Source: Desulfatiglandales bacterium (GTDB lineage: Bacteria; Desulfobacterota; DSM-4660; Desulfatiglandales; Desulfatiglandaceae). From it: a DNA stretch of 64,000 nt. The notes beneath the pieces are model-generated. The model was not told where the DNA came from, ran no database searches, and worked only from the letters and a program-made list of their open reading frames with translations. Both the position numbers and the translations under genes were made by a program. The stretch covers positions 5,824,001 to 5,888,000 of the forward strand of contig OY759599.1 in the NCBI GenBank assembly GCA_963662465.1, read 5' to 3'. This document shows positions 40,174 through 49,943 of this stretch, one piece after another (position 1 is the stretch's first letter; each line of letters starts with the position of its first letter).

Positions 40174-41408
40174 TCTACGCTCACTTCCAGTTTTCCGGTA
40201 CTTTCCAGTTTGTCTTTTTTGACTTTAATGCGAATCATTTCAGCCGGGTGCAACCGAACCAGTTTTTTTCGGGCGACTTTGCGATCCCCGTCTCGAACCC
40301 AGACAGCGTGGTTTCGCGAAGGTTCGGTGACGCGGAGAGACAATGTAAAATCGCTCTTTCCCGATACCTGCCGCGGCAGGACGTATCTGACCCCGTTTTT
40401 GGGTTCGATGCCGATGGCGATTTCCCCCTGTGGAATACGCCCTTCAAGGTACCTGCAGGCAAATTCTCCAGCCAGGGATGCCTCTTCGGAAACATGATCC
40501 ACCAGATCGTGAACATGCAGCACATTGCCGCATGAAAACACGCCGGGAATGCTGGTCATAAACGTTTCATCCACAAAGGCGCCGCTGGTCCTGGTTTCCA
40601 TTTTGACGCCGGCCCCGACAGAAAGTTCATTTTCCGGGATGAGTCCCACGGAAAGGAGCAGGGTGTCGCAGGGCACAAACCGTTCGGTCCCGGGCCGCGG
40701 CTGAAAATTGTCCATTTCCGCCACGGTGACCCCGGTGAGGCGATCCTTGCCATGCACCTCTATCACCGATGTGCCGAGATGTAAGGGTATGTCGTAATCA
40801 TTGAGGCATTGCTGAATATTTCGAGGCAGTCCGCTGGCATAGGGTAGGATTTCAAAGACCGCTTCCACCTTTGCCCCTTCAAGGGTCATTCTTCTGGCCA
40901 TAATGAGCCCGATATCCCCGGAACCGAGAATCACAACTCTCCGGCCCACCATGATGTTTTGCAGATTAATGAAATTCTGGGCGGCCCCTGCCGTGTAAAT
41001 GCCCGAAGGCCGGGTGCCGGGCAGCGATATGGCCCCTGCCGTTCTTTCCCGGCATCCCATGGCCAGGATCACGGCCCCGGCATGGATGCGAGTATAGCCG
41101 TCCCGGGAACTCACGGTGAGATTACGCTCACTGTCCATGGAAAGGACGATGGTTCCCAGCATGGTCTCAATTCCCAGATCGTAAAATTCATCAATATATC
41201 GCTGAGCGTACTCGGGGCCGGTAAGGGCCTGGCCGAACCGGTGCAACCCGAAACCATCGTGAATGCACTGGTTGAGGATGCCCCCCAGTATCCGGTCCCG
41301 TTCAATTAAAAGGATATCTTCGCATCCGGCCTGCCGGGCGGCCACCGCAGCGGAGAGGCCCGCGGGTCCCCCGCCGATAATTACCAAATCACGTTTTATT
41401 TCATGCAT
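40170..41408 (-). CDS. NAD(P)/FAD-dependent oxidoreductase
   Basis: GGGPAGLSAA, GGILNQCIHDGFG, AMGCRER, GSGDIGLIMARR, GNVLHVHDLVD. Confidence 0.9.
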   Translation of the reverse strand: MHEIKRDLVIIGGGPAGLSAAVAARQAGCEDILLIERDRILGGILNQCIHDGFGLHRFGQALTGPEYAQRYIDEFYDLGIETMLGTIVLSMDSERNLTVSSRDGYTRIHAGAVILAMGCRERTAGAISLPGTRPSGIYTAGAAQNFINLQNIMVGRRVVILGSGDIGLIMARRMTLEGAKVEAVFEILPYASGLPRNIQQCLNDYDIPLHLGTSVIEVHGKDRLTGVTVAEMDNFQPRPGTERFVPCDTLLLSVGLIPENELSVGAGVKMETRTSGAFVDETFMTSIPGVFSCGNVLHVHDLVDHVSEEASLAGEFACRYLEGRIPQGEIAIGIEPKNGVRYVLPRQVSGKSDFTLSLRVTEPSRNHAVWVRDGDRKVARKKLVRLHPAEMIRIKVKKDKLESTGKLEVSVE

Positions 41409-41444
41409 TGAGTCCTGATTCCCTAAAAAGCTATTAGCTGTTAG

Positions 41445-42917
41445 CTAACCGCTAACAGCTACTCGCACATGTCCTGTAAAGAGATAAGAATCCGGGCTGT
41501 ACAGCCGATAATCCTCAGGCTGATAGCCGAAATCCTTTTCCAATATCTGAACGATTCGGGGAAGGCAGAACCCCCCCTGGCATCTCCCCATCATGGCCCT
41601 GGAGCGATATTTGATTCCGGCAATGGTTTTGTTGCCAAGAGGATTTTCGATTGCATCCAGGATTTCCCGCTTGGTGATCTGCTCGCAACGACAGACGATT
41701 TCCCCGTAATCGGGGTCCCGGGAGACCAGATCCGCTTTTTCTTCTTCGGGCAGGTCGTGAAAATATCCAGAAAAACCAGCCCGTTCCGCCACAAAATGCT
41801 CCTTTTCGGTCAGGGGAAGTTTTTCGCCCACCATGTCGCGGACCATGAGTGCAATGGCCGGGGAACAGGTCAGCCCCGGGCTCTCGATGCCCACCAGGTT
41901 GATAAAGCCGGGGATGTCTTTTCGGCTTTCGATGACAAAGTCCTTGAAGCCCTTCATCGCCGGAGAGGTCTGCTTGGGCCGCAACCCCGAAAACCCCCGG
42001 ATAAAGTCGGAAGTGCTGATGGCCGGCAGCAACTGCCGACCTTCTTTTTTAAGTTGGTCGATAATGTCGGCGGTGCAGGCGTAATCGTCCGCTTGATCCA
42101 CGTACTCATTGCTGGGACCGATGAGAATATTGCCGTCCACCGTGTTGGTTAAGTGAATCCCCAGACCTGCGCCCCCCTTTCTGGGGGCCGGATAGATCAG
42201 GGTGGAGAGACTGCCGTTCAGGCGCTTGTCCAGAATCAGGTATTCCCCCCGGCAGGGATAGATGGCGTACTCGGTCAGTCCCAACATTTTACAGACGGCA
42301 TCACTATAGAGGCCCGCAGCATTGATGAGTACTTTGGCTTCAAAGGATTTGCCCGCAGCTGTTTTGAGCTGAAAGCCGGTTTCAGTCTTCAAAATGCCGG
42401 TGACCTGGGCCTCCAGGTGAAAATCCACACCGTTTTCCCGGGCGTTGTCCGCCAGGGCGATGGTGAGACCATAGGGGCAGATGATGCCGGTGGTGGGGGA
42501 ATGAAGGGCGCGAATGCCGCCCACGCCCGGCTGAATCTGCTGCATTCGCGGCACATCGATGATTTCAAGACCGGGAACGCCATTGGTTTCCCCCTGGGCT
42601 TTCAATGCCTCGAGGGTTTCAATGTCCATTTCGTCCTGGGCTACCGTAAGCTTGCCGATATATTGAATCTTGACCTTTAAATCCCGGCAAAGGTCTTTCA
42701 TGAGCTCGTTTCCCTGAACATTCAACCGGGCCCGGAGGGTACCGGGTTTGTAGTGAATGCCCGAGTGAAGGACCCCGCTGTTTCGGGAGCTGGTCCCCAT
42801 GCCCACGTCCGGGTCTTTTTCCAGGACCCCGACCGTTAACCGGTATCGGGACAGCTCCCGTGCAATGGCGTTTCCCACAACGCCCGCCCCAATAATCAGA
42901 ACATCATATGCAGCCAT
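41445..42917 (-). CDS. FAD-dependent oxidoreductase with C-terminal BFD-like [2Fe-2S] domain (GlpA/L2HGDH-like)
   Basis: IIGAGVVG, SSRNSGVLHSG, GIESPGLT, VCRCEQIT..GRCQGGFC. Confidence 0.88.
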   Translation of the reverse strand: MAAYDVLIIGAGVVGNAIARELSRYRLTVGVLEKDPDVGMGTSSRNSGVLHSGIHYKPGTLRARLNVQGNELMKDLCRDLKVKIQYIGKLTVAQDEMDIETLEALKAQGETNGVPGLEIIDVPRMQQIQPGVGGIRALHSPTTGIICPYGLTIALADNARENGVDFHLEAQVTGILKTETGFQLKTAAGKSFEAKVLINAAGLYSDAVCKMLGLTEYAIYPCRGEYLILDKRLNGSLSTLIYPAPRKGGAGLGIHLTNTVDGNILIGPSNEYVDQADDYACTADIIDQLKKEGRQLLPAISTSDFIRGFSGLRPKQTSPAMKGFKDFVIESRKDIPGFINLVGIESPGLTCSPAIALMVRDMVGEKLPLTEKEHFVAERAGFSGYFHDLPEEEKADLVSRDPDYGEIVCRCEQITKREILDAIENPLGNKTIAGIKYRSRAMMGRCQGGFCLPRIVQILEKDFGYQPEDYRLYSPDSYLFTGHVRVAVSG

Positions 42918-42989
42918 TATTGCCTTATTTCCAAAACCCCTGTCGCGAAAAACCAGAAGGTTTATGCCGCCGACAGGGGTTCATTGTCA

Positions 42990-43031
42990 AAAAACTTGAA
43001 ACTTGAAACTTGAAACCGCGGCTATGCCGCG
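42990..43031 (-). repeat. Stop-codon-attached hairpin plus TTTCAAG heptamers
   Basis: TAA-CGCGGCATAGCCGCGG-TTTCAAG x3 on the minus strand. Confidence 0.75.
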
Positions 43032-44468
43032 TTAGTCTTCAATCCCGGCCAACCGTTTGGAAGCCTTTTTTTTCTGCTCCACATTGGTTTCCCGGAAAAT
43101 GGTTACCCGATGGGCTTCAGGTGAACCGCCGCCATGGATATCGGAAATGGTGTCCGCGCTTTCCATGGCCAGTTTTTCCGCCAGGCGAAACATCTTGATC
43201 CGTTTTTCCACGGGAACGCCGTCGGCGCCCTTCAGATATTTTTTCAGCAGAGGACCCACCTCGGGGATTTCGAAATCCCGGTCGGAAGGCAGGTCCGCCA
43301 CGAACCCACCGCATACATCGATCATCAGTCGCGTCGCCTCTGCCATCTCTTTGCCCTCATGAATTTTGGAGGCATTGGCCAGGACTGTATCAATATAGTA
43401 GGTTCCGGAAGGCTGCTGGTTGCCTTCGTAGGAGGACGCCAGGCAGCACCCGTAAAGGGTTTCGGACCGATGGATCATGTCAATCACCTTCTGTTTCAGG
43501 TGGCCCGGTTTGGTCGTGCCGTTATATTCCATCATGTTCAGGGCCGTGCCGATCATACAGTCTATTTTTCCGGCCTTGCAGCCGCCATGGCTTTGTCTGT
43601 GAAATGAGGAAAATTTGATCACCATATCCACGGCAAATTCCACTTCTCCGCACATGAACACGCGTTCCCAGGGCACAAAAACATCGTCAAAAATCAGGGT
43701 AGGACAATTTTTGGAATAACGGAAATTTCCGGTGTCGCACCCCTCCATCTCTCGAACATCCAGGCTGGAGCGGCCCACCACATGGATCAGGCCCTTGGCG
43801 TCCGCCGGTACGGAAAAGGCGACGGCGTAGTCCTCATCCCCTTTTCTTAAGGCCCGGGTCGGCAGCACAATAATTTCATGGGAGGAAAGAGAGCCCGTCT
43901 GGTGGGCTTTAGCGCCGCGAACCACGATGCCGTCGTCTCTTTTCTCCACGACCCGCACGTACATGTCCTTGTCTTCCTGGTCTTTGGGTCCCTTGGATCG
44001 ATCTCCCTTGACATCGGTTACGCCCGCATTGCAGGTCAGGTCCTCTTTTTGGACATATTTCAGAAAATCATTGAAATTGTTATGGTAATGGGTTCCGTAT
44101 TTCTGGTCGATGTTATAGCAGACGATGGACAGGGTGGAGAGGCAATCCAGCCCGGTACACCGCTGGTGGCAGGTTCCCACGTAGCTTCCCAGGTTTCGAT
44201 TGATTTTTACCCGCGCCACCAGGTCTTCGATGCAGGAAGGGGGCAGCGTAAAACGATTGACCGGTTCGTTGATCAGCGGACTTTGGGTGACCACCATGTC
44301 GCGGTATTCATCCATTTCCGCTATTTCGTATGTGGAGCCGGTAGCTTCAATGCCGGCGCGAATTCGTGGGTTGTCCACCACATTGGTAATGCGTTCGCCA
44401 AACATGTACGCTACCGGGTTTAACTGACGCAGAGATTCAATATACTCATCTTTCGTTTTAAGACCCAT
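43032..44468 (-). CDS. 4-hydroxybutyryl-CoA dehydratase-like protein (AbfD/HpaB family)
   Basis: EYIESLR, TCHQRCTGLD (Cx3C), TDVKGDRS, VRGAKAHQTG, HRQSHGGCK, HGGGSP. Confidence 0.85.
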   Translation of the reverse strand: MGLKTKDEYIESLRQLNPVAYMFGERITNVVDNPRIRAGIEATGSTYEIAEMDEYRDMVVTQSPLINEPVNRFTLPPSCIEDLVARVKINRNLGSYVGTCHQRCTGLDCLSTLSIVCYNIDQKYGTHYHNNFNDFLKYVQKEDLTCNAGVTDVKGDRSKGPKDQEDKDMYVRVVEKRDDGIVVRGAKAHQTGSLSSHEIIVLPTRALRKGDEDYAVAFSVPADAKGLIHVVGRSSLDVREMEGCDTGNFRYSKNCPTLIFDDVFVPWERVFMCGEVEFAVDMVIKFSSFHRQSHGGCKAGKIDCMIGTALNMMEYNGTTKPGHLKQKVIDMIHRSETLYGCCLASSYEGNQQPSGTYYIDTVLANASKIHEGKEMAEATRLMIDVCGGFVADLPSDRDFEIPEVGPLLKKYLKGADGVPVEKRIKMFRLAEKLAMESADTISDIHGGGSPEAHRVTIFRETNVEQKKKASKRLAGIED

Positions 44469-45004
44469 TTGTTAACTCCTCCTTATTTTCTGAAAATGGT
44501 ATGGGGCTATGTTTTCAGCAACGCTCGCAAACGGGGGCGGCGGCTGGTGTTATGTCGATATCCGACGTCCTGATAAAAAAGACCGGGGTTATGGCCGGAA
44601 TGTCCTGATGCGCGATATCCACCGAAATCTTAAAAACGAGAAGATCGGTCAGAGTTAGATAGTACTCCGGACCGGCATGCTTTTTTTAGGTTTTATCAGG
44701 AGGATGCCACAGTTTTGTTCGCCGGTGGTCACGTAAACCCACGGCGCCCGTTTTTCGTTTGGTGTTCAGGCATCTTTCTGCAATTCAAAGCGAATCTGTG
44801 AATAAATAGGAATTTTATAGAATTGTCAAGGTTTTTTTAGCTATTGCCGTAGATTTTTTGTTTTTAAACTTGTATTGTTTTGCCGGGATCTTGTTGCTTG
44901 TATCAAATTATGGTGCAGATCTTGCGCAGATCTTGTAAGTTGTAGATTTTCAGCGCCGACGGCCTGAATGGGTTGAGCGGTTGCGTAACAGGGAATTTAG
45001 AGAT

Positions 45005-47416
45005 ATGAAACGCCGACTATTGATTGTTGATGACGATGATGCTGTGAGGATACTGTTATCCACGATCCTCGAAAAGGAAGGATATGCCTGTTTTCTGGCG
45101 GAAGATGCCTTGTCAGCCCGCGAACTGTTAAAAAGCCGCCCATTTGATTTGATCCTGTGCGATATTATCATGCCCGGTGAATCCGGTCTTGATCTCATCC
45201 GGTTTTGCCGAGAACAATATCCGGAGATGGGCGCCATTATGGTGACGGGGATCGCAGACCCGCAATCGGCCAAGGAAGTACTGTGCATCGGCGTATACGG
45301 CTACATCATCAAGCCTTTCACCAACGATCAACTTTTAATTACCGTGGACAATGCCCTGAGACGGTGTGAGCTGGAAAGAGAACAGAAACGGCAGGCTGAA
45401 AACCTGGAGAACATGGTGCGTGAAAGAACGGCCGAGCTTCAAGAATCTATCCGACACCTGAAGGAGGCCAAAAACAAAATTCAGGAAAGTGAAACAAAAT
45501 TCAGGATTGTCATTGAAAAAGCCAACGATGGAATCGCCATGACGCGGAGAGGTCGGCATATCTATGCAAACCAAAATTTTTTGAAAATGTTCGGATATGA
45601 CCCAGCAGAGGAGATTGTCGGTCGCTCAATAAACGAAATTGTGCATCCGGACGAGACGGCGCGGCTTCTTGATATGTACGCCCGGAGAATCAGAGGGGAA
45701 AAAATCCCGGACCGGTATCGGTTCAAAGCGTTGAAGAAATCAGGCGAACCCATTATGGTGGAAGTCTCGGTGACGCGTGTGGACTACCAGGGACAAAAAA
45801 CGGCATTCGCCTTTTACAGAGACGTCACCGAAAGCACTCACATTCAAAAAGCATTGAAGGAAAGTGAAAAGCGGCTCAAAATCATACTTGAAAATGCACC
45901 GGTAGGCATCAAAATAGTTGACGCACAAAGCCGAAAGATCGTGGAAATAAACCGCGCCGGAGAGAAAATGATCGGAATTTCAAGGGAGATGATCGTTAAT
46001 AGGCCCTGTTGCGAATTTGTGTGTCCTGAACCCAAAACGTTTTGCCCTGTCATGGACTCCGGAGAAGAAATTCACAACCGGGAAACTGCTATTTCAAGAC
46101 CCGACGGACAAAACATTCAGGTTGCCAAGACAACGGTGCCTATTTCTCTTGAGGGTCGAAAGCACCTGATAGACATCTTTGTTGATATCAGTCGCCACAA
46201 AAAAGCCGTGGCGGAAGTGAGAAAGGCACACAGGGAAAAAGAGCAGCTCATTAAATCAATCCCTTCCATCCTGATCGGTGTGACGCCCGATGGCTTGGTT
46301 AGTCAGTGGAACCCGGTTTCGGAAAGGATCTTCGGCATTCGCGCTCTGGAGATCCTGGGCCGACCCTTTTCCCGCTGCGGCATTGAATGGGATTGGTCGA
46401 GGGTTAATGAGGCGGTTGCCGATTGCTTGAACGCTAAAATATTGATTTCTCGTGAAAAGGTTCGCTTCACCGGAAACGACGGCAAGGAGGGATTTCTGGG
46501 CCTTACGTTTACACCGGTTGCGTCCGATGAGGCCGACAGACTCGGTTTCCTGGTACTGGGGGCGGATATCACAAGCCGCATTATGCTGGAACTTCAGCTT
46601 GACCAGGCCAGAAAGTTGGAAGCCATTGGGCAACTGGCGGCCGGCATTGCCCATGAAATCAACACCCCCACACAGTACATAGGCGACAACATCCGGTTTT
46701 TTCAGGACGCCTTTAATGATATGAAACCCCTTTTTGAACATTACAGGGCTTTGCCTGATAGATTATTGGCAGAGGGGGTTTCGAAAATTATTATTGAGGA
46801 GATGAAGGAAAACATTGTAAACGGGGACATGGATTATCTACTGACGGAAATTCCCCAGGCCCTGGAGCAGACGCTGGAAGGCGTCGTGCGTGTTTCCACC
46901 ATTGTTCGTTCCATGAAAGAATTTTCCCATCCGGGGACCAAGGAAAAGACGGCCGTGGATATTAATCGGGCCATTGAAAATACGGTCATTGTTTCTCGAA
47001 ACGAGTGGAAATATGTGGCTGATTTGGAAACGGATCTGGATCCCCTGCTGCCGCATGTTTTCTGCCTGCCTGCTGAAGTCAATCAAGTCATTTTAAACAT
47101 GATTACCAACGCCGCTCATGCCGTCAAAGATGTGGTTGGGGATGGTGGGGGTGAAAAAGGGCTGATAACGATCCGTACGCGCGCAATGGGCGATTTTGTC
47201 GAGATTCGGATCAGCGATACGGGCGCGGGAATTCCGGAAGGAATCCAAACCCGCGTCTTTGATCCCTTTTTTACCACCAAAGAAGTCGGCAAAGGGACGG
47301 GACAGGGATTGGCCATTTCCCGGTCGGTCATCGTCGATAAACATGGCGGAACCCTCTCATTCGAAACGGAACAGGGAAAAGGCACGTCCTTTTCCATTCA
47401 TTTGCCGGTAGAATAA
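45005..47416 (+). CDS. REC-PAS-PAS-PAS sensor histidine kinase
   Basis: N-terminal LLIVDD receiver; PAS repeats; LAAGIAHEINTP; FTTKEVGKGTGQGL; start MKRRLL. Confidence 0.9.
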   Translation: MKRRLLIVDDDDAVRILLSTILEKEGYACFLAEDALSARELLKSRPFDLILCDIIMPGESGLDLIRFCREQYPEMGAIMVTGIADPQSAKEVLCIGVYGYIIKPFTNDQLLITVDNALRRCELEREQKRQAENLENMVRERTAELQESIRHLKEAKNKIQESETKFRIVIEKANDGIAMTRRGRHIYANQNFLKMFGYDPAEEIVGRSINEIVHPDETARLLDMYARRIRGEKIPDRYRFKALKKSGEPIMVEVSVTRVDYQGQKTAFAFYRDVTESTHIQKALKESEKRLKIILENAPVGIKIVDAQSRKIVEINRAGEKMIGISREMIVNRPCCEFVCPEPKTFCPVMDSGEEIHNRETAISRPDGQNIQVAKTTVPISLEGRKHLIDIFVDISRHKKAVAEVRKAHREKEQLIKSIPSILIGVTPDGLVSQWNPVSERIFGIRALEILGRPFSRCGIEWDWSRVNEAVADCLNAKILISREKVRFTGNDGKEGFLGLTFTPVASDEADRLGFLVLGADITSRIMLELQLDQARKLEAIGQLAAGIAHEINTPTQYIGDNIRFFQDAFNDMKPLFEHYRALPDRLLAEGVSKIIIEEMKENIVNGDMDYLLTEIPQALEQTLEGVVRVSTIVRSMKEFSHPGTKEKTAVDINRAIENTVIVSRNEWKYVADLETDLDPLLPHVFCLPAEVNQVILNMITNAAHAVKDVVGDGGGEKGLITIRTRAMGDFVEIRISDTGAGIPEGIQTRVFDPFFTTKEVGKGTGQGLAISRSVIVDKHGGTLSFETEQGKGTSFSIHLPVE

Positions 47417-47444
47417 AAATGAACACAAATCGGAGCCTTAAAAA

Positions 47445-48668
47445 ATGACGGAACAGGCGATTTTGAAGCGCCGGATTCTTTTTGTTGATGATGAGCAGAG
47501 GATTATCCAGGGGTTGAGACGGATGTTGCGCAAGATGGGCCGGGATTGGGAAATGGAATTTGCCCAAAACGGCCCGGAGGCGATGCGACTGTTGGCTCGG
47601 AAACCCTTTGACGTCATTGTGACGGATATGCGGATGCCCGGTATGGACGGCGCCGGCCTTCTGGCGGAGGTTCAAAACGAATATCCCCATATGGTCAGAA
47701 TTATTCTTTCCGGCCTGTCCAGCGATGAGACGATCATCAAGGCAACCGGTTCGGCCCATCAGTTTTTGATGAAACCGTGCGAGCCTGAATTGCTCATCCG
47801 CACCATCAATCGGGCCTGCGCCTTGAGGGATCTTCTGAACAACGAAATTCTGGAACGGATCGTCTCCCAAACGGATTCCCTGCCGAGTCTTCCGGATCTT
47901 TATGGCAGGCTCATGGAAGAGATGAGGACTTCCGAAGGGTCAATTCAGCGGGTAGGGGAAATTATTGAAACGGATTTGAGCATGAGTGCAAAGGTGGTGC
48001 AATTGGTGAGCTCCGCATTTTTCGGCTTGCCCAGACGGATTTCGCGCCCTTCAGAAGCGGTGATGCTGCTCGGTCTGGATACGGTGAAATCACTGGCGCT
48101 TACCTTGGGACTGTTTTCAAAATTTGACGAATCCACATTGTCGTTTATTCCCATTAAGCGTATTTATGAACACTCCATGAAAACGGGGCTTTTGGCCAGA
48201 GAAATTGCCGGAGCGGAGGGCGCTGATACGGTAATGGTGGCCGATGCGTTTATGACCGGTTTGCTTCATGACGTGGGAAAGCTGCTGCTCGGACACAATA
48301 TCCCTGACATTTACCAAAGGATTTTTGAACGGTCCTCTCGAGAAAAGATTCCTTTTTTTGAAGCGGAAAGAGCGGAACTGGGCGCCACCCATGGAGAAGT
48401 GGGCGCTTATCTTCTGGGCCTGTGGGGATTGCCCGACGCTGTTGTGGAAGGGGTGGCATTTCACCATAATCTGGGCGGATCTCTCGTGAAAGGGTTTGAG
48501 CCGCTGATCGCCGTGCATGTGGCTAGCGCAATTGAACATTCCCCCTGTCAGTCAAATGGCGAAAAGGTTTTTGTGGAAGGCATTGATATGGAGGGGCTGG
48601 AGCGTTTAGGTCTCAAAGCCCGGTTGCCCGCATGGATCGAAGCGTGTCATGAAGTGGAGGGTTTTTAG
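47445..48668 (+). CDS. Response regulator with HDOD domain
   Basis: ILFVDDE, TDMRMPGMDG; LPSLP, SSAFFGL, GLLHDVGK, LWGLP. Confidence 0.9.
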   Translation: MTEQAILKRRILFVDDEQRIIQGLRRMLRKMGRDWEMEFAQNGPEAMRLLARKPFDVIVTDMRMPGMDGAGLLAEVQNEYPHMVRIILSGLSSDETIIKATGSAHQFLMKPCEPELLIRTINRACALRDLLNNEILERIVSQTDSLPSLPDLYGRLMEEMRTSEGSIQRVGEIIETDLSMSAKVVQLVSSAFFGLPRRISRPSEAVMLLGLDTVKSLALTLGLFSKFDESTLSFIPIKRIYEHSMKTGLLAREIAGAEGADTVMVADAFMTGLLHDVGKLLLGHNIPDIYQRIFERSSREKIPFFEAERAELGATHGEVGAYLLGLWGLPDAVVEGVAFHHNLGGSLVKGFEPLIAVHVASAIEHSPCQSNGEKVFVEGIDMEGLERLGLKARLPAWIEACHEVEGF

Positions 48669-49826
48669 ATGGCCATGAATCGAAATATACTGGTGGTGGA
48701 TGACGACCGAAATCTGTTGAATTCCCTGATTCGAGGGTTGAGAAAGAGATTTCAGGTGGAGGCGGCGCTGGGGCCGGAAGAGGGCTTGAGGATTCTTGCC
48801 GCCAAAGGGCCCTTTGCGGTGATCGTTTCCGATCTGCGCATGCCCGTCATGGATGGGATTCAATTCCTTTCCAAGGCCAAGACCATTACGCCCGACAGTG
48901 TGCGAATCATTCTCACCGGGAATGCCGATCTGCAGAGCGCCATGGAAGCGGTCAACAAGGGGAGCATTTACCGTTTTCTCACGAAACCCTGTCCCAGCCA
49001 GATTCTAAGCGGCGTCCTGAAGCAGGCGGTGGAACAGTACCGGCTTATCACCGCGGAGAAGGAATTGTTGGAAAAAACCTTGAAGGGGAGCGTCAAGGTG
49101 TTGAGCGAACTGCTTTCCCTCCTCAACCCGGAGGCTTTTGGAAGGTCCTCAAGAATAAAACGCCATGCCGCGGATTTGGCGGGCCAGCTGCAGGTTGTGG
49201 ATATCTGGCGTATTGAGACCGCCGCCATGCTGTCGCAAATCGGTTGCGTTACCTTATCGGAGGAGATTATCCGGAAGATACATCAAGGAAAGGATCTCAC
49301 TGAAGAAGAGGCCAGGCGTTTTGGTGCGCATCCCAGGATTGCATCCGAACTTCTGCGTCACATTCCCAGGATGGGAGAGGTGGCGGAAATCATCGCGTGT
49401 CAGGAACGACATTTCGATGGCAAAGGCCATATTGAAGACCCCCGGAAAGGGGAAGATATTCCTTTGGGCGCACGAATTTTAAAAGTGGTTCTCGATTTTG
49501 ACACCCTGGAGTCCAAAGGCCTTTCCAAGATTGATGCCTTGAAAGAATTGGGGCAACGCCCGGGTTGGTATGATCCTGCTGTCTTAAAGGCCTTTGAGGC
49601 GGTTTTGGGGGTTAGCAAAAGATATGTGGTAAGAGACGAGTCCGTGAGCAGGCTTAGAGCCCATATGATTCTTGGGGAGGATGTGAAAGCGCTCAATGGA
49701 CAGTTGCTGATTTCACGAGGACAGGAAGTCACTCTGGCGTTGAAGGAAAGATTGAAGAGTTTTGCCGACACCGCCGGCGTTAAAGAGCCGATTCGAGTAT
49801 TTGTGCCCCTTGAGATTGCCAATTGA
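48669..49826 (+). CDS. Response regulator with degenerate HD-type output domain
   Basis: SDLRMPVMDG, FLTKP; AAMLSQIG where HD is expected; IPLGARIL. Confidence 0.85.
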   Translation: MAMNRNILVVDDDRNLLNSLIRGLRKRFQVEAALGPEEGLRILAAKGPFAVIVSDLRMPVMDGIQFLSKAKTITPDSVRIILTGNADLQSAMEAVNKGSIYRFLTKPCPSQILSGVLKQAVEQYRLITAEKELLEKTLKGSVKVLSELLSLLNPEAFGRSSRIKRHAADLAGQLQVVDIWRIETAAMLSQIGCVTLSEEIIRKIHQGKDLTEEEARRFGAHPRIASELLRHIPRMGEVAEIIACQERHFDGKGHIEDPRKGEDIPLGARILKVVLDFDTLESKGLSKIDALKELGQRPGWYDPAVLKAFEAVLGVSKRYVVRDESVSRLRAHMILGEDVKALNGQLLISRGQEVTLALKERLKSFADTAGVKEPIRVFVPLEIAN

Positions 49827-49943
49827 CATTCCTTGATATCTCAATTATCTAAGGCGGCAAGCTGCGGTTTTAAGTTTTCCTGACAATGATTTTCTTGTTT
49901 TTTGTAACAGCGTTTCAATTGTTTAAACTGAGGTTAATTTTAT

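Noticed and set aside
44886..44936. GATCTTG direct repeats as a regulator binding site
   Set aside because: Three short matches with uneven spacing; insufficient evidence
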